Shown: one piece after another, positions 61,670 to 64,000 of the stretch
How the letters are laid out: every line of letters starts with the position of its first letter
Numbering within the stretch: position 1 is the first letter of the stretch
Origin: a virus
Taxonomy: Duplodnaviria > Caudoviricetes
IMG/VR virus record: IMGVR_UViG_3300010340_001122
DNA: 64,000 nucleotides
Strand: one strand, 5' to 3'
Position numbers and translations under genes: made by a program
The notes under the pieces: generated by a model
Databases searched by the model: none
Told to the model about the DNA's origin: nothing
Seen by the model: only the letters and a program-made list of their open reading frames with translations

Positions 61670-63337
61670 ATGTCATTAAAAAAAGATTTACTCAAATATA
61701 CCCCTCGTAAAGAGCAACAAGAATGTATCGATTTTATCGATTCTCAATATAAAAATAATAAAGAAAATAAATTCTTTCTTTTAAACTTACCCGTTGGGAC
61801 GGGAAAATCACATTTAGCTTTGATGATTGCTGATTGGTATTTGAAAAACGTCAACGGTAATGCTAAGTTTGATGTTATTACAAATAGTAAAATCTTACAA
61901 GATCAGTATGTTGAAACATATGAATCTATCAATGATTTAAAGGGTAAGGAAAATTATGAGTGTGCTCAGTATGCTTGTTCTTGTGCTCAAGGTAATGAGT
62001 TCAATAGATTGAATAAAACGAGTTGTGAGTTTTGTCCACATTCTGGTGCGAGAGATGGATATGTTTCAGGTAGAATGTCACTAACTAATTTTTATCTTTA
62101 TATTCTATTTCAGTTATATATGACTAAGATGATGGATTCTAGAGGTAGTAATGTTTTGATTGTTGACGAGGCACATGATTTTGATGATGTGATGTCGGAT
62201 TTTATAACAATTAAAATAACTGAGTTTGTTGTTAAAAAATTGAAATTTTCAAATGAAGATAAGATTCTTAAAGATTTAAAAAAAATCACTAATATTAGTG
62301 GGTATATTGATTTTCTAAAAGAATTACAAGGTGAGATTGCCACTACCATTGCAGATGTTGAGAGATCTTTAAGTGCTGAGAAGAGAAATATTAAATCAAT
62401 TAAAAGAGAAAACTCTGTTAATAAAGTATTGGGTGGTAAAAATTCTGATATTAAATTAATGCAAGTAATAACTGATTTGCAACAATATCAATCTAAGATT
62501 GAAATTTTCTTAAATGAATATAAAGCTAATCCTGATAATTGGGTATTGGAATCAAATTATAATGAGAAAACAAAACAAAAAGAATTATCATTAGAACCTA
62601 TTTGGGCTTTTGATTATCTCGATAAGTATATCTTTTCAAAATATGATATGGTATTTTTAATGTCGGGAACTATTCTTGATAAGAATTTATTTTGTCAACT
62701 TAATGGTTTGGATGTTGAGAAGGCTGTTTATTATTCAATTGAATCGCCATTTCCAGTTAAAAACCGACCAGTATATTACATGCCGCTTGGTAAAATGTCT
62801 TATAAATCAAAAGAAGATACTTTTAAGAATTATGTTCCATTTATTCAGAAAATATTGAATAAATATCCTGATAAGAAAGGAATAGTACATACCAACTCTT
62901 TTGAATTGGCAAGTTGGATATCTCGGGATGTTAGAAATCCACGATTAGTTTATCATGACTCATCTAATAAGGATTTGGTTCTACAAGAACATTATTCTAC
63001 TGATAAACCAACTGTTATAGTTTCTCCGAGTATGGATACTGGTGTTAGTTTTGATGATGATAAGGCAAGATTTCAAGTAATTGCTAAAATTCCGTATCCA
63101 ACTCTAGCATCTCAGAAAAATAAACTAAGACAGAGAATGAATCCCGATTGGTATACTTGGAAAACAGTCTCTGGGTTGATTCAAATGACTGGTAGAGCAG
63201 TTAGATCAAATGAGGATTATGCTGATACAATTATCATTGATGGGTCTTTTTCAGACTTATTAAAGTACTCTGGTCATTTTTTCCCTAATTGGTTTCAAGA
63301 GGCAATTAAGAAAGTTAATGTTAAAATTAACGCTTAA
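61670..63337 (+). CDS. DinG/XPD-family helicase
   Basis: PRKEQ, PVGTGKS, Cys cluster, DEAH, SGT, G..F, Q.TGRAVR...D. Confidence 0.9.
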   Translation: MSLKKDLLKYTPRKEQQECIDFIDSQYKNNKENKFFLLNLPVGTGKSHLALMIADWYLKNVNGNAKFDVITNSKILQDQYVETYESINDLKGKENYECAQYACSCAQGNEFNRLNKTSCEFCPHSGARDGYVSGRMSLTNFYLYILFQLYMTKMMDSRGSNVLIVDEAHDFDDVMSDFITIKITEFVVKKLKFSNEDKILKDLKKITNISGYIDFLKELQGEIATTIADVERSLSAEKRNIKSIKRENSVNKVLGGKNSDIKLMQVITDLQQYQSKIEIFLNEYKANPDNWVLESNYNEKTKQKELSLEPIWAFDYLDKYIFSKYDMVFLMSGTILDKNLFCQLNGLDVEKAVYYSIESPFPVKNRPVYYMPLGKMSYKSKEDTFKNYVPFIQKILNKYPDKKGIVHTNSFELASWISRDVRNPRLVYHDSSNKDLVLQEHYSTDKPTVIVSPSMDTGVSFDDDKARFQVIAKIPYPTLASQKNKLRQRMNPDWYTWKTVSGLIQMTGRAVRSNEDYADTIIIDGSFSDLLKYSGHFFPNWFQEAIKKVNVKINA

Positions 63338-63368
63338 AAGCTTGTAAACATCTTTCTCATTTATATTA

Positions 63369-63397
63369 AAAAACCCACTCAATTTGAGTGGGTTTTT
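63369..63397. terminator. Bidirectional terminator
   Basis: aaaaacccactca-att-tgagtgggttttt. Confidence 0.85.
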
Positions 63398-63398
63398 A

Positions 63399-63920
63399 TT
63401 ATTTTTTCTTTCTAGCTTCTATTGCTTTTCTTAGACCTTCTGGTAATTTTTTCTGAGCTGATGTTAATCCTTTATCACCTTTACTATCTTTAGCGTCTTT
63501 AGCTGCTTTTTTCATAGTTTCTTTTTTATCGCCGTCTTTATCAATATCTAAAAAATCTGGTTTAGATTTTTTGCTACCTTTTTTATATGATTTTTTTGAT
63601 TCGTCAAATTTCATTATATGACCTCCTGGAAATTCACCTTCTTCTTCCTCTGAAGAATCATACATGTCTGAAAAATCACCTTCTTCTTCATCTGAAGAGT
63701 GCATATCCATATCCATTGAGAAATCATCTTCACCATTTGGTGTTATTTCGCCTGGTTCAGGTTGAGTTATTTCATCATCTTCACAAGGTTCACAGAATTC
63801 TTCTTCATTTTCTGAAGGCTTCATATTTCTGAGGTTTCTCGAGTAATCTAAAAATTCTTGCTCATCAGAATCAACATCTGGTGACAGATAAAAGTTTTCG
63901 AATTTTTTTAAATGTTTCAT
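63399..63920 (-). CDS. Acidic/basic low-complexity protein (MKHLKKFENF N-terminus), putative head internal protein
   Basis: Acidic N-half, internal MKFDES, Lys-rich C-half with DIDKDGDKKE. Confidence 0.65.
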   Translation of the reverse strand: MKHLKKFENFYLSPDVDSDEQEFLDYSRNLRNMKPSENEEEFCEPCEDDEITQPEPGEITPNGEDDFSMDMDMHSSDEEEGDFSDMYDSSEEEEGEFPGGHIMKFDESKKSYKKGSKKSKPDFLDIDKDGDKKETMKKAAKDAKDSKGDKGLTSAQKKLPEGLRKAIEARKKK

Positions 63921-64000
63921 ATAATAGGTTTTTATTTTAATTATATATTAAAGCTTTAAATCGATTTATTGATTTTTATATATATTGAGATGAAAATTTT

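Noticed and set aside
8015-63832. Numerous 60-106 aa ORFs nested in or antisense to long genes
   Set aside because: They overlap well-supported CDSs and show no motifs; treated as chance ORFs.
1-64000. Genome-wide stop-codon reassignment (as in some jumbo phages)
   Set aside because: Code 11 gives dense full-length genes, and both TAG (e.g. 3633) and TGA (e.g. 6570, 49920) end genes at sensible positions.

Overview
A very AT-rich, gene-dense segment of a T4-like (Tevenvirinae-related) jumbo myophage that uses the standard genetic code. The likely host is Bacteroidota, from TTTG-N20-TAnnTTTG promoters, a Bacteroidota-type lipobox and few Shine-Dalgarno sites. It carries head genes (portal, prohead protease-scaffold fusion, major capsid, gp4, gp2), tail and baseplate genes (gp19, gp15, gp25, gp26, gp51, a 2209-aa protein), a gp55-like late sigma factor, replication and repair genes (gp47, clamp loader, split PolB, PolA-like, DinG, Fpg, ThyA, Dam), a tmRNA, and at least seven free-standing homing endonucleases. 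Four observations stand out. (1) About 18 otherwise unrelated ORFs share an N-terminal MK(H/Y/I)(L/I)KKF(E/N)(E/N/S) peptide, many behind a common ATATATA late-promoter motif; this resembles the T4 internal-protein capsid-targeting sequence and suggests a large virion-cargo loading system. (2) An RF1-type (PxT/GGQ) release factor gene, missed by the ORF track, is interrupted by a single in-frame UGA and shares a near-identical promoter with the tmRNA. (3) Two truncated major-capsid-derived genes may act as decoys. (4) The scaffold has eleven 14-aa repeats, each containing a candidate protease site. All assignments come from motif recognition by eye; no searches were run.
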